Source of the DNA: Leucoraja erinacea
Taxonomy: Eukaryota
NCBI RefSeq assembly: GCF_028641065.1
Contig: NC_073393.1
Location: 36,146,001 to 36,210,000, forward strand
Length of the DNA: 64,000 nucleotides
Direction: 5' to 3'
This document shows positions 12,472 through 25,047 of the stretch, piece after piece. Each line of letters begins with the position of its first letter. Position 1 is the first letter of the stretch. The notes below the pieces were generated by a model. The model saw nothing but the letters and a program-made list of their open reading frames with translations, was not told the origin of the DNA and did not search any database. Both the position numbers and the translations under genes were made by a program.

Positions 12472-13440
12472 TAAGGCCCCTCAAAGACTAAATTATACAT
12501 TGAAGCGTGGAGTACCAGGAGATGGGTGAGGCTTTCAATTAATATTCATCCTCGATTTTACTACAGAAAAAGACATGACGATAAAGGAACTTGGCAAAGT
12601 TAATGGATATCTTGGCGATAGTCCGCATTACAGCGGAGGAGGTGCTGGATGTCTTAAAACATATGAAGGTGGATAAATCTCTGGAGCCTGATCAAGTACA
12701 AACAAGAACTCGGGAAACTGAGATATATACATCATCATTAGCCACAGATGATGTGCCAAAGGTCTGGAGGGTGGCTGGCTCTGTGAGTTTACTTAAGAAG
12801 GGCTACAAGGAGAAAACCTGGAAATGTTAGACAAGTAAGCCTGACATCTGTGGTAGGTGCAATACTGGAAGGGGATCTGAGAGATAAGATATACATACAT
12901 TTTGAAATAAAATAGTTGTTAGGGATAATCAGCATGGTTTTGTACATGGGAAATTGTGACTCATGAATTTAATTTCAGATGATTGAAGAAATAACCAGGA
13001 AGGTTAATAAAGGCAGAATGGTAGATGTAGTCCATATGTGCTTCAGCAAGGCCTTTAATAAGCTCTACATGGGAGGTTACTCTGGAAGGTTAACCATGGG
13101 AAGCACGGGATCCAGGATTACATATTTGGTTTGATGGTAGGAACCGTATGTGTGATGGTGGAAGGTTGTTTTCCCGACTGGACTACTGGTGTTCCTCAGG
13201 GGCACATTGTCGTTTGTCAACAATCTGCATCAACAATTTGGGTGATAATGTACTAGAAATGATTAATACGTTTGTAGATAACACCACAATAGATAGCTAT
13301 CAAGAATTAGGCAGGATCTTGATCAGCTTGGTAAGTGGATCAAGGAGTGGGAAATGTCATTTAATTTAGATACATGGGAGATGTTGCCGTTTGAGAGGTC
13401 AATCCAGGGTAGGGCTTTTGCAGTGAACAGTAGGCCCCTG

Positions 13441-13727
13441 GAGTTCTCCCGAGTTCTCCCCTGATTCGAGCTCGTGTAGTGTACGTAGTGGGTACGTAGG
13501 AGTTCGTGGATGTCACGTAGCGAGTAGCGGTAGGTACTCGGGAAACTCGTGACGCTTTTTCAACACTGCAAAAAATGTCCACGAGTAAAAAAATGTCCAC
13601 GATGAAAAAAATTGTTACTTTTTACTCGTACGAGCCGCTACGTACCTGCTACGTACATTACACGAGCTCGAATCAGGGGAGAACTCGGGAGAACTCTTGA
13701 ATTACCTCGTACAGTGGGACAGGCCCT
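13441..13727. mobile_element. Harbinger-type MITE, left terminus lost
   Basis: Right TIR CAGTGGGACAGGCCCT plus TTA; ~48-bp inverted repeat 13441-13488 / 13649-13696. Confidence 0.75.
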
Positions 13728-13741
13728 TTAGGCCGAAGGGT

Positions 13742-14152
13742 CATAGAAACATAGAAAATAGGTGCAGGAGTAGGCCATTCGGCCCTTCGAGCCTGCACCG
13801 CCATTCAATATAATCATGGCTGATCATCCAACTCAGTATCCCATACCTGCCTTCTCTCCATACCCCCTGATCCCTTTAGCCACAAGGGCCACATCTAACT
13901 CCCTCTTAAATATAGCCAATGAACTGGCCTCAACTACCTTCTGTGGCAGAGAATTCCACAGATTCACCACTCTCTGTGTAAAAAATGATTTTCTCATCTC
14001 GGTCCTAAAAGACTTCCCTCTTATCCTTAAACTGTGACCCCTTGTTCTGGACTTCCCCAACATCGGGAATAATCCTCCTGCATCTAGCCTGTCCAACCCC
14101 TTAAGAATTTTGTAAGTTTCTATAAGATCTCCCCCCTCAATTTTCTAAATTC
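13742..14152 (-). mobile_element. Young CR1/HER1 LINE 3' end
   Basis: RTRGHSLRIRG...FFTQRVVNLWNSLP; (CATAGAAA)n tail. Confidence 0.9.
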
Positions 14153-14249
14153 TGTTTCAATATTGTATGTTGCCTTCACTCTATATAAAACAGTGGATAA
14201 AGTAGCATTGTTTGTTTGTCTTCTTTACAAGAATATTATATATTTTGGG

Positions 14250-15285
14250 TTTAGGTTTATTATTGTCACATGTATTAAGTTACAGTGAAAATCTTTGTTT
14301 TGCATTCTATCCAACCAAATCAGATAATACAATGCATAAATACAATCAAACCAAACTCAAGAACAATCGGTAGAGCAAAGGGAAGGATACAGAGAGCAGA
14401 ATAGATTTCTCAAAGTTGTAGCAAACCCGTTCCAGAAACACAGTCCAATGTCCACAACGTGGTAGAGATGAATCAAACAATACCCCAGCTTATGGAAGTA
14501 CCGTACAGAAGCCTGAGGGGAAGAAGCTGTTCTTGAGTCTGGTGTTGTGCATTTTCAAACCTAGATCTTCTGCCCAGTGGGAACAGGGAGAAGAAGGAAT
14601 GACTTTCTTATTTGATTAATCTTTAAAAGGTGTTGGTGTGCCTTGGCTGTCACTTCAACGTATTTGGTCCATGATAGATCAATGGTAATATTTACGCCTA
14701 GGAACATGAAGTTCTCAGCCATTCGGCACCATTAATGCTGCTAACTCGCTCTGATATCTTGCTGACATTGAGGGAGAGGTTATTGTCCTGACACCACATC
14801 GCTATGTTCTCTCTCTCATTGTACTCTGTCTCATCTGTGTTCTTGGTCAGTCTCACCACAGTGGTGTCATCTGCAAACTAGCAGATGGAGTTAAAGCCAA
14901 ATTTGGCCTCACACTCCTGAGTGCATGAGGAGTATTGTGGGGAACTGAGAATTCCGGGCATCATTGCGGGGTGTTGAGAATGATTGTGTTTCTGTGGGTG
15001 GGAAAGTCGAGAATCCAATGGCAAGAGGGGGGTGCTGATTCCCAGGTCCAACAGTTCAGAAATTAACTTGGATGGAATTATGGTGTTGAAGGTGGAGCTA
15101 TAGTGGATATGTCCTTGTTGTCTAGGTGTTGCAGAGATGGGTTTAGAGACAGGGAGATGGAGTACATCTGGACCTGTTGTGACAGTCGACAAGCTGTAGT
15201 GGATCAAGGCTGTCTGGGTGGCTTCACCAGTCTCTCAAAGCATTTCATGTTGGTGAATGTCAAAGCCACTGGACAGTAATCATTA
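14250..15285 (-). mobile_element. Decayed, internally deleted Rex1/Babar LINE
   Basis: Minus YSSTFNTIIPSKLISELLDLGISTPL, C*FADDTTVV; tail TGACAATAATAAACCTAAACC. Confidence 0.8.
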
Positions 15286-15449
15286 AAAGGCTTTTAACTA
15301 CACAATAATGCAATGCTATGATTTCCCTATCAGAATTTTCTTTGTTGATTAAACTTGTTTTATTTTATTACATTTATTGGCCAATGATTTATATGGATTC
15401 AATGATGCTACTGTTTATCATCATGTGAATCGGATTCCATGACTTTTTA

Positions 15450-16050
15450 TCATTTATTGGTTCACAGGGTATTAACTGCTGGCAAGGCTACCATTTCATA
15501 CTCTTTGATGGATCCTGTGTTATTGGGATATTTCATGCAACCTTTAAGAGTCACACATTGGTGGATCTGGCATCATTGGTTTTCTGAAAAAGGTAAGGAT
15601 TGCAGAGTATCCTACCCGAGGGAGATTAGTGGAATAACCCAGTGTGCAAATACTGGTTTAAACCGAATATAGGCACAAAATTGCGGAGGAATTCAGCGGG
15701 ACAGGCAGCATCTCTGGAGAAGAGGAATAGGTGATGTTTCGGGTCGAGACCCTTCTTCAGACTTGAGTTTGGTTTGATGGTATTTATGCATTGTATTATC
15801 TGATTTGGTTGGATAGAATGCAAAACTCGCAGTCTGAAGAAGGGTCTCGACCCGAAATGTCACCCATCCTTCTATCCAGAGAAGCTGCCTGACCCACTGA
15901 GTTACTCCAGCATTTTATGCATATTTCAGTGGACTAACCCAGCTGTTTTACAGTTGTTATTGCTGATATTAGTTACTAGGATTTAGGTTTGCAACTACCA
16001 TGGTGTGATTCACCTTCATATTTTATGATCAGTGTATGCTGGGCCAAATT
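15450..16050 (-). mobile_element. Old Deu-domain/SacSINE1-like SINE remnant
   Basis: Weak resemblance to GGCAGATTTCCTTCCCTAAAGGACATTAGTGAACCAG-type motif; hosts 15643-15927. Confidence 0.35.
15643..15927. mobile_element. Fold-back Penelope pLTR insertion with 15-bp TSD and captured spacer
   Basis: AGTGGA(A/C)TAACCCAG at 15628-15642 and 15928-15942; inverted pLTR arms around 15762-15830. Confidence 0.85.
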
Positions 16051-16087
16051 AATATTGAAGGTTCATTTTGACTATGATTTTAGATTT

Positions 16088-16424
16088 ATTTAGTTTAGTT
16101 TAGTTTAGTTGTTTAGAGATAAAGTGAGGAAACAACCCTACAGCCTGCCGATTCCTCATCGACCAGCGATCCCCGTACATTAACACGAGGGACAATTTTC
16201 ACTTATACCAAGTAGCCAATTAACAATTTACAATTTTCACCGTCAATTAACCTGTATTTTTTTGGAATGTGGGAGGAAATCGAAGATCTCAGAGAAAACC
16301 CACACAGTCACGGGGAGAACGTACAAACCCTGTGCAGACAGAACCCGGTCGGGATCGAACCCAGGTCTCTGGCGCTGCAAGCGCTGTAAGGCAGCAACTC
16401 TACCGCTGTGCCACCATGCCACCC
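16088..16424 (-). mobile_element. HE1-type SINE, near full length
   Basis: (TTTAG)n tail, V-domain, B and A boxes. Confidence 0.85.
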
Positions 16425-17266
16425 TAATATATATATATATATATATATATATAACTTATTTCCAGAATACTCAATGAGATCATGTGAGGGATATCAGCAG
16501 TGTGTGTGTCAATCCTGATTTCTTCCTAATGTCCTCTATCGCGCGTGTGTATGTTTGAATGGTGTGTGAGGACAGTTTGGGCAAGTTTATGATAGCTGTC
16601 TTGGTGAGAAAACCTGCCCACATTCACCATTAAGAATTAGCAATGAGTAGACACCACTTGGAAGGGAAAGGAGTGAACCATGGATGTCTGTGAAGCAATA
16701 TCCTCACAGAAAGTCAATGTCTCGAGGCGATAAGGTAAAATTAACTGTGAAAAATTGGGAAAAACATGATGTTTCTTCAATTTAACATCTATCTTCTTTT
16801 GCTATTCCACCATCTTGATAGTGGGGACAGAATTGATCTATGATGGCTCATTCATGAACGCTGCAAAGAAGAGCTTGCTTCATGTTCACTGATCTACTGT
16901 GACTAATCTGCCACTATAACTCTTAACTAGGGCCCCCGTATTATCTCAAGCCAAGTCAGGACAAACATTTGATATAAAGTAGTTTATCAGCTCCGCATTG
17001 AATTATACGTGGAGCAGTTCAGTGCCTGAAGCCAACTATGGAATCTAGCTCTCTATTTCTTCCTTGTTCATCTGGTTGCCCTCAGGAATTCACATTATTT
17101 TGCTCTCATCTAAGTATTCAGTCACGCTCTTGATCACGATGTTATAATTGTCTTTGTGATATGATAAAGTAATTTCAAATTTGGTGATCTCTACGAGTTT
17201 CTGAATCCGCATGTCTATTTCCAAGCAGCTGTCATTTTTTGTACCTTTTTTCTCAGTTTCACTTTT

Positions 17267-17730
17267 ACAAATTTACATATGAACTTTTACTGTCTGGTCC
17301 TTCACATCAGGTGATCGATGGGCGGCATGGACTTGGTGGGCCGAAGGGCCTGCTTCCATGCTGTATCTTTTAGTCACTCAATTCAGTCAATCAGCAAGTC
17401 CAATAAATCAGCCAGCCACATCCTCTTCTTTACTTTCATTAACAACAAAATAAATACACACAGAATCCTTTCCCAAAATCCAAACAAACTGTTTATTGTG
17501 GCTGATTTACTTGAGGAAACCTTAAGCTTCCTTAATACGCGCATGTAAATAAAGTAAAAATGAAGGCAAATAAACGTAGCTTTTTTAGGATAAAAAAATT
17601 AATACCAATAAAGAACAAATAAATAAAACATAAATGATGAAAGTAAAAAAGGATAATTAGATTAACAAACAAGCAAATCATCAATTCAATAAGAACGAGC
17701 AAAGATAAAATGGTATAATAACTACTATGT
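17267..17730 (+). repeat. Direct repeat copy 1 (~464 bp) left of L1
   Basis: About 98% identical by eye to 18968-19433. Confidence 0.95.
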
Positions 17731-18967
17731 ACTAATAACCCTTTATTTAAACCATCTCTTATTGATAAGACATATAACCAATGGGAAAGTCTCGGAATTA
17801 GAAGGATCGGGGATATGTATGAAATGGGAAACCTACTATCATTCCAACATCTACAATTAAAATTTAAATTGAAAAACAACCAATATTTTAAATATCTTCA
17901 CATTTGCGACTTCGTGAAAAAATATATACAAGGATATCAAAAAGTAACTCCTGACTTATTGGAAGAAGCAATGAATATTGAAGCTGACTCACAAAAATTA
18001 ATATCATATTTATATAATAGTATTCTAAATATAGACCTACCATCGACAGAGGTACTTAGAGAAGAGTGGGAACGGGAACTAATGATAAAAATTACGAAGG
18101 TTAAATGGGAAAAATACCTGATATATATTCACAAATGTTCAATTAATGTAAGACATAATCTAATTCAATTTAAAATTGTACATAGATTATATTATTCAAA
18201 AATAAGATTGAACAAATTGTATCCAAATATATCCGCCATTTGTGATAAATGTCTAGCCCGAAAGGCAACTATAACACACTCCTTAGTTTCCTGCATAAAA
18301 CTTTATAGATTTTGGAATGATATTTTTGAAATATTTACAAAATGATTCAAGACAAGAATGGAACCTAATACTGAAATGATTATATTTGGTGTAATGGAAG
18401 ATGGGAATAAATTGAACACATCTCAAAATCTATTCCTAAACTATGGTTTAATAATAGCAAAAAAATGAATACTTAAATTTTGGAAGGGTACGTCAATACC
18501 AATGCTTAAAATGTGGATTGCAAGTATGTTGGACACCGCTCATCTTGAGGAAATGCGATTCCTCCTAATGGATAAATCAGACCAATTCATAACGAGTTGG
18601 TCTCCATTCGTCGTTTTTTTGGAATCATATGGTGCAACACAATTGTAAAAAATAACTGTTTCAGGACTGGACGAGGGTTGGTCAAGATTATAAATAATGA
18701 TCTCCTTTTCTTTTTTATTTTATTTTCTTTTCTCTATTTTCTCTCTCAACTTTCTTCATTTACTCGTTTTCTTTCTTCACACACTATATATTTCACATCT
18801 TTCTATCCTTTACTATCTAACTTCTTTTTCTTATTCTAATCTTTTTTCAATGTAACAAAAAAAAAAAAAAGTTGTACATAAAATGTATTATGAAAATATA
18901 TATTAGGCACTTTGGTGCCATATGACTGTACTTACTTCTAATAAAATAAAATATTAAAAAAACAAAA
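17731..18967 (+). mobile_element. 5'-truncated fish-type L1 (ORF2 C-terminus, 3' UTR, poly-A)
   Basis: LIQFKIVHRLYYS...CDKC...THSLVSC...FWNDIF zinc knuckle; AATAAA and A-rich tail. Confidence 0.9.
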
Positions 18968-19433
18968 ACAAATTTACATATGAACTTTTACTGTCTGGTC
19001 CTTCACATCAGGTGATCGATGGGCGGCATGGACTTGGTGGGCCAAAGGGCCTGCTTCCATGCTGTATCTTTTAGTCACTCAATTCAGTCCATCAGCAAGT
19101 CCAATAAATCAGCCAGCCAAATCCTCTTCTTTCCTTTCATTAACAACAAAATAAATACACACAGAATCCTTTCCCAAAATCCGAACAAACTGTTTATTGT
19201 GGCTGATATACTTGAGGAAACCTTAAGCTTCCTTAATACGCGCATGTAAATAAAGTAAAAATGAAGGCAAATAAACGTAGCTTTTTGTAGGATAAAAAAA
19301 TTAATACCAATAAAGAACAAATAAATAAAACATAAATGATGAAAGTAAAAAAAGGATAATTAGATTAACAAACAAGCAAATCATCAATTCAATAAGAACG
19401 AGCAAAGATAAAATGGTATAATAACTACTATGT
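18968..19433 (+). repeat. Direct repeat copy 2 (~466 bp) right of L1
   Basis: Starts immediately after the L1 A-tail; matches 17267-17730. Confidence 0.95.
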
Positions 19434-19504
19434 CCCCAATATCTCTTATTCTGTGTTACAGGTCTTGCATATAAGCTTTGCGCTCTCTCCACTTAGAAAC
19501 ACAT

Positions 19505-21510
19505 GATAAAATAGGCCAAACTCAGCATGGTTTTGGGAAATAGAAATCTTGCCTGCCGAACTTGTTGGAATTCTTTGAGGAAATAAATAGCAGGATAGAC
19601 AAAGGAGAGTCAGTGGATGTTCTTTGCCTGGGTTTTCAGAAGGCTTTTGATAAGGTGCCGTATGCGAGGGTACAAAAGAAGATGAGAGCCCACGGTATCA
19701 AAGGGAAGATACTAGCATGGGCTGCAGGTTGGCTGGATGGCAGGTCAAAAAGTGGCAATAAAGGGGACTTTCACTGGTTGGCGGCCTGTGACTAGCAGTA
19801 TTCTGCAGGAGTCGGTGCTGAGACCACTATTCTTCACGTTGTGTATCAATGATTTGGATGAGGGGATTGAAGGCTTTGTGGCCAGGTTTGCAAGTAATAT
19901 GAAGATAGGTGGAGGGACAGGGCAGTGTGGAGAAAGCAGGGACTCTGCGGAATGACATGGACAGGTTGGGTGAATGGGCAAAGAAATGGCAGATGGAATA
20001 CAGTGTAGCATAGTAGGGAATCATGCGTTTTGGTATAAGGAATAAAGGCATATACTATTTTCTAAATGGGGAGAGAAATCAGAAATCAGAGGTGCAAAGG
20101 GATTTATGAGTGGTGGTACAGTATTCCCAAAAAGTTAATTTGTAAGTTGAATCAGCAGTAAGGAAGGCAAAGGCATTGCTAGCATTTCAAGAGGACTAGA
20201 ATATAATGTATTGCTGAAGCTTTATAAAACACTGGTCACACCGCATTTGGAGTAATGTGAATAGTTTTGAGCCCACATCTGAGAAAGGATATGATGACGT
20301 TAGTGGGTCCAGAGGAGGTTTACGAGAATGATCCTGGGGATGATTGGGTTAACATGTGATGAGCGTTTGGTGGCACTAAGCCTGTACACGCTGGAGTTTA
20401 GAAGGATCAGGGGACACCTCAATGAAACTTACTGATTAGTGAACAGCCTGGATAGAGTGGATGTGGAGAGGATGTTTCCACTAGTGGGAGAGTCTAGGAC
20501 CAGAAGCCACACCCACAGAATATAAAAGAACATACCTTTAGAAAGGAGATGAGGAGAAATCTATTTAATGAGCGGATGGTGGCATCAGCAATGGCTGCAT
20601 TGCCAACAGTCTGTCTGTCCCTTCCTTATCTGTTGTTGCTTTAGAATGTGTTAAATGTATGTTTTTCGTGTTGTTCAGCTTGTTTTATGTGGGGTGGGGG
20701 TTGGGGGAAACTTTTAAAAATCTCTTACCTCGACGGAGATGCAATTTTTTTCCGTATCGTATCTCTGTCCGCACTGCAGCCTAACATCGAGGAGCTGGCG
20801 GCCTCTGCTGGAGACAGACATTGGGAGCTCAAACCCGCGGGAAGTCTGCAGGACTTTAACATTGCGGAGCTGGCGATCCCTTTGGCGGGGATCAACCTTT
20901 GAGCTCCATCCACGGGAGCCTGCAGACTTTAACATCATGGAGCTCGCGGTCTCTGGTTAGAGACCAGCTTCGGGAGCTCCAAGCCGCAAAGCTTCGCCAC
21001 GCTGACGCGGGGGCTTTGATCGCCCCAATGCGGGGGCTTCGAAAGCCGGCTGCGGGAGCTTTGATTGCCCTGAGGGATGGTTCGACTACCCCGACCACGG
21101 GAGAAAAATTTGGGAAGAAGATTAGACTTTATTGCCTCCCCCCATCACAGTGAGGAATGTGGGGAATACGCTGTGGTGGATGTTTGCGTTAACGTTTATG
21201 TACTGTAATTGTGTGACTTGTTCTTTTTTTTAAGTATGGCTGTGTATGGTAATACGAATATGACTGTACCTTAATTAGTACACGTGACAATAAAATACCT
21301 TTGAAACCTTTGAATCTATGGAATGCATTGCCATATACAATTGTGGAGACCATCAAGGGGTATTTTTAAGGCACAGATTAGCAGATTCTTGATTAGTAAG
21401 GGTGTCAGGCGTTATGGGGAGAAGGCAGAAGAATGGAGTTGAGAAGGAAAGATAGATTAGCCACGATTGAATGGTTGAGTAGACTTGATGGGCCAAATGT
21501 CCTAATTCTA
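19505..21510 (+). mobile_element. CR1/HER1 LINE (RT domain to 3' end), frameshifted
   Basis: LEFFEE...VDV...FQKAFDKVP, QESVL.PL.F..CINDLDEG, FAS.MKIG, WQMEY. Confidence 0.9.
20582..21310 (+). mobile_element. GC-rich Rex1-tailed non-autonomous retroelement (copy C) nested in CR1
   Basis: Splits CR1 GGTG|AATCT; GGCTGC..GCCAACAGTCTG head; GTACACGTGACAATAAA tail. Confidence 0.75.
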
Positions 21511-21589
21511 TTGTAATTTATTAATTTTCCCCAATCCTGTCTGACCTGCTGAGTGTTTCCAACATTTTCTGTTCAAATCTAAATTTTTG

Positions 21590-22480
21590 GAAGAGGTCCA
21601 GAAGAAGATGCTAGCACGTCCACACAGATTACCACGCTGAAGGTGCGCATTTCCTGTTGTTGTTGAATTGATTGGTTCAAGAGGGAGTTAGGTATAACTC
21701 TTAAGGCTAAAGAAGTCAAGGGATATGGGGAAAAAGCAGGAACGGGGTACTGATTTTGGATGATCAGCCATGATCATATTGAATGGTGGTGCTGGTTCGA
21801 AGGGTTGAATGGGCTACTCCTGCACCTATTTTCTATGTTTCTATGATGTGAAGTAAAGTACATGTGGTTACAACCAACCACCTTTGAACACACCAGTGAA
21901 GTTCTCCCATCCATTTTCATGGTAAATGGCCTGACCAAATACATTATATTGGGCATTAATCTAAAAATGTACTCATTTCATCTTGAACAGTTTGTTAAAC
22001 TAAATGGGATTAAACAGTTTTGCACCTCCTTACCATTCAATCTCAAACTGAAAAACTGGGAGATCAGAAGATGTGGTAAAAGTGGCACTAATGAAGCAAG
22101 GCAGATAAAGTCTGACTATGAGACATCGAGTCAAAAGATTTTCTTCTAAGTTACAGATAAGCACTGAACTTCACAACGGGATACTTTTCTGCAGAAATGT
22201 TGATACAACGAGGGCTCAGATCTGTGTGAGTGTGGTCCAGCTGAATCCAGGAGGGAAGACAGAAAAAGTACTGCTGAAACAAAGCAAACATCATGGTATA
22301 TCTCATGAAGGGAACAGATTCTGATTACATGATAAGGTGTGATTGTTGAGAGCTTGAGGCCGGGTGGAGGTGAGGAAAGAAAATATTGTAGAGATTATGG
22401 AGACAGTTCCGAGAATTTTCTCATAAGGATTGGTAAGACATTCAGAAAGGTTAATATAGACCACTTGATCTCAGTGTAAG
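21590..22480 (+). mobile_element. Fossil Ty3/Gypsy integrase region
   Basis: HVHTDY..EG.HFLLL, EVL.SIF..NGL, FVKLNGIK, FLLSYR....TTGY.SAEML, RKVNIDHL in shifting frames. Confidence 0.7.
21672..21846 (+). mobile_element. CR1/HER1 3' end inserted in the Gypsy fossil
   Basis: TTCAAGAGGGAGTTAG...(TTTCTATG)n tail. Confidence 0.85.
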
Positions 22481-23634
22481 ATACCCAGGGGAATAGCTGG
22501 GAAGAGTGAGCTTTAATATAGATCTGAAGTGAGTCTTGCAATTATTGAAGAGTTGACACAGTATGTGACTGAAGAGAGGCAGGAAGAGATACTTTCAATG
22601 AATTCACAGTTGGATGGTATATCAACAGCATCTGACGAGACTCCTGGATCAATACAATTCACATGGTGGAGTTGCCAAGACTGAAGAAAATTTGAAATAC
22701 AGACAGTTAAAATGTTATGTTTGTGAGTATTGTTATTTTTACTCTTTTAAAGGGAAATACAGTAAGTATGTATGTATGTGGGATATAACATCATGCTTTG
22801 TTGGTCATATGCATATTGATGTGCACACATTTGTAGTGTCAGAACCTTAAACAAATCTAATGACCCTCTGGAGCTGCCCATGTTTCCTTCCATTCACTTT
22901 GCACATTCTGCATGTAATGCCAGTGTAATAGCCATTACTGTCGCTCTCAACTCTCACCCCCTTTACTCTTGCACTTTTTGAGACCAAACGCAATATTTTT
23001 TCATGTGGAATTTCAACAACTTCTGGTGGGAGCAATTGAATGAGCTGGCAAAATATTTTTGTGGAAAAGAAAATTATTATTGAGAGATGAAGAGGTTTAC
23101 AAATGAGCATGAAAACAGTTTTCATTTTCAGCGTGAATAAGTTAAAACTGGTGTGTCGGGAGGCAAATGGCATTGGGTCTCCACCAAATTGACATGAGTT
23201 AGTAAAGTAGATACTGTAAGTGTCGTGGTGAACTGGTGTTCAACAAGTCTTTGTAGTTTGAAATGATCTTTATTAACCCAAGCAATACTAGTACACATTG
23301 CCCAAGGCAAAGTCCAAGGAATTGTCATTATTGCTATAAAATATATCGCATGCAGTTATAAGGTGAAAATTTCTGTTTCTTACATTAGAAGATTAATGCT
23401 CAATATGCTTCTAAGGGCATTCCTCTGTCTATTATCATCCTCCAGGCATTAACCCACTTAATTTAAATGGTTCAATAAACTAACAAACAAAGGAATGTGG
23501 TACAAGTGCATTGAGCATCTGTTCACTGCGATCACGAGGGGTGTTTTCTGGGCTTAGACTTCTAATGAAAATTAGTGTTCAGTGGGAGAGTAGACAGCTG
23601 CAATTTCAAAGTCAAAATTGTGCCTTTGTACATA

Positions 23635-24490
23635 AGCATATATTTATATAGCACCTTTAATGTAATAAAATATCCTGAGGCACATCACAGGAATTTTATC
23701 AAACAATTATTTTCACTGAGCCACTTTTGGAGTTATTAGAACAGGTGTCTAACCACCTGGCCAAAGAGTGAAGGGGCTGTCCCACTGCGGCGACCTATTT
23801 GGCGAGTTTAGAAGAGTTTGAAAAAATGTCATGTCGAAGACCTCCTTCGACTATGTTGAAGACTAGCTTCGACTTGCTTCAGGAAAATTGGACACTGAAT
23901 AGTGGAGAGTGAAGACGACCTCCTTCGACCATGTTGAAGACCATCTACGATTACCTTCGACTATCTTCAATTACCTTCGACTACGCTCGATTACCTACGA
24001 CTAACATGCCGACCTACTACGACCTACTTCGACTAAACCTACGAGTAAAAAAAGTATCGATTTTTTTCCATGGCGACTTTTTTTACTTGCGGCCATTTTT
24101 CAACATGTTGAAAAATACGCCGCGATCTAGCTGAGGCCTCGAGTACCGGGGACTACTCTCGAGCATGAGTTAGAGTTACAAAGACCTCCTAGGACATCGT
24201 GTCGACCATGCTGCGAGTACGAGTCGAGGGCAAACTCGCCAGAACTCGCGGATTAGGTCGCCGCAGTGAGACAACCCCTTTAGGCTTTAAGGAACACCTT
24301 AAATGAGGATGTAGAGATTTAATGGGGAAGGATATGGGTAGGTGAAAGAGGATGGCCAGTAATTGTGGCAACACTAACAGGTGAGAATTGAAGGAGTGAA
24401 GATCACTTGGAGAATTATGAGGCTGAGTGGGAACTCCAGAGATAGGCTGGGATGAGGCTGTGGATGGATTTACAAACGAGAATGAAAATT
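23635..24490 (-). mobile_element. Old L2-clade LINE 3' end
   Basis: + strand ATTTATATAGCACCTTT typical of an L2 tail reverse complement; split by Harbinger. Confidence 0.5.
23772..24279. mobile_element. Non-autonomous PIF/Harbinger element
   Basis: TIR AGGGGCTGTCCCACTGCGGCGACCTA / TAGGTCGCCGCAGTGAGACAACCCCT; TSD TGA/TTA. Confidence 0.85.
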
Positions 24491-24504
24491 CTAGTGAAAA
24501 CAAT

Positions 24505-24985
24505 CAGCTTCAGATGCTAGCTTACCAAAAAAAAACAATGCATTTCGTTGTCTCTGTACTGTACACTGACAATGACAATTAAAATTGAATCTGAATCTGA
24601 AAACCACACAAAGTGCTGGAGTAACTCAGCGGTCAGGCAGCATTTTTGGAGAACATGAATAGGCAGTGTTTCAGGTCGAGATCTTTCTTCAGACTGATTA
24701 GAGAAAGCTGGAAGAGAGATGGGGACTGATCAAATGATAGATGGATACAGGTGGGAATGAAGGATTTGAAGTGTGACATAAGGATTTCCCGGTTTCCAAA
24801 CACGTTTACTCCCGTTTCCATTCCCACACTGACCTTTCTGTCCTGGGCCTCCTCCATTGCCAGAGTGAGGCCGAACACAAATTGAAGGAACAGCACCTCA
24901 TATTAAGCTTGGGCACCTTACAGCCCAGCGGTATGAGTATTGATTTCTTTAACTTCAAGTAACCCTTGCATTCCCTCTCTCTGGT
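24505..24985. mobile_element. Penelope-like element: inverted pLTR plus endonuclease C-terminus, with a Rex1-type tail inserted at ~24538-24601
   Basis: + strand SHSHTDLSVLGLLHCQSEAEHKLKEQHLI..LGTLQPSGM; minus pLTR at 24605-24697. Confidence 0.75.
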
Positions 24986-25047
24986 GGCCCAATAATACAT
25001 TCATGATAAAATCCAACTTTATTTCATCAAATTATTTCAGCAACTAA

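Larger units (their letters stand above)
10450..13435 (+). mobile_element. Decayed CR1/HER1 ORF2 (linker plus RT) hosting several nested insertions
   Basis: MKVDKSLEPDQ, LATDDVPKVWRVA, SLTSVV, NQHGFV and INNL..FVDNT remnants. Confidence 0.75.
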
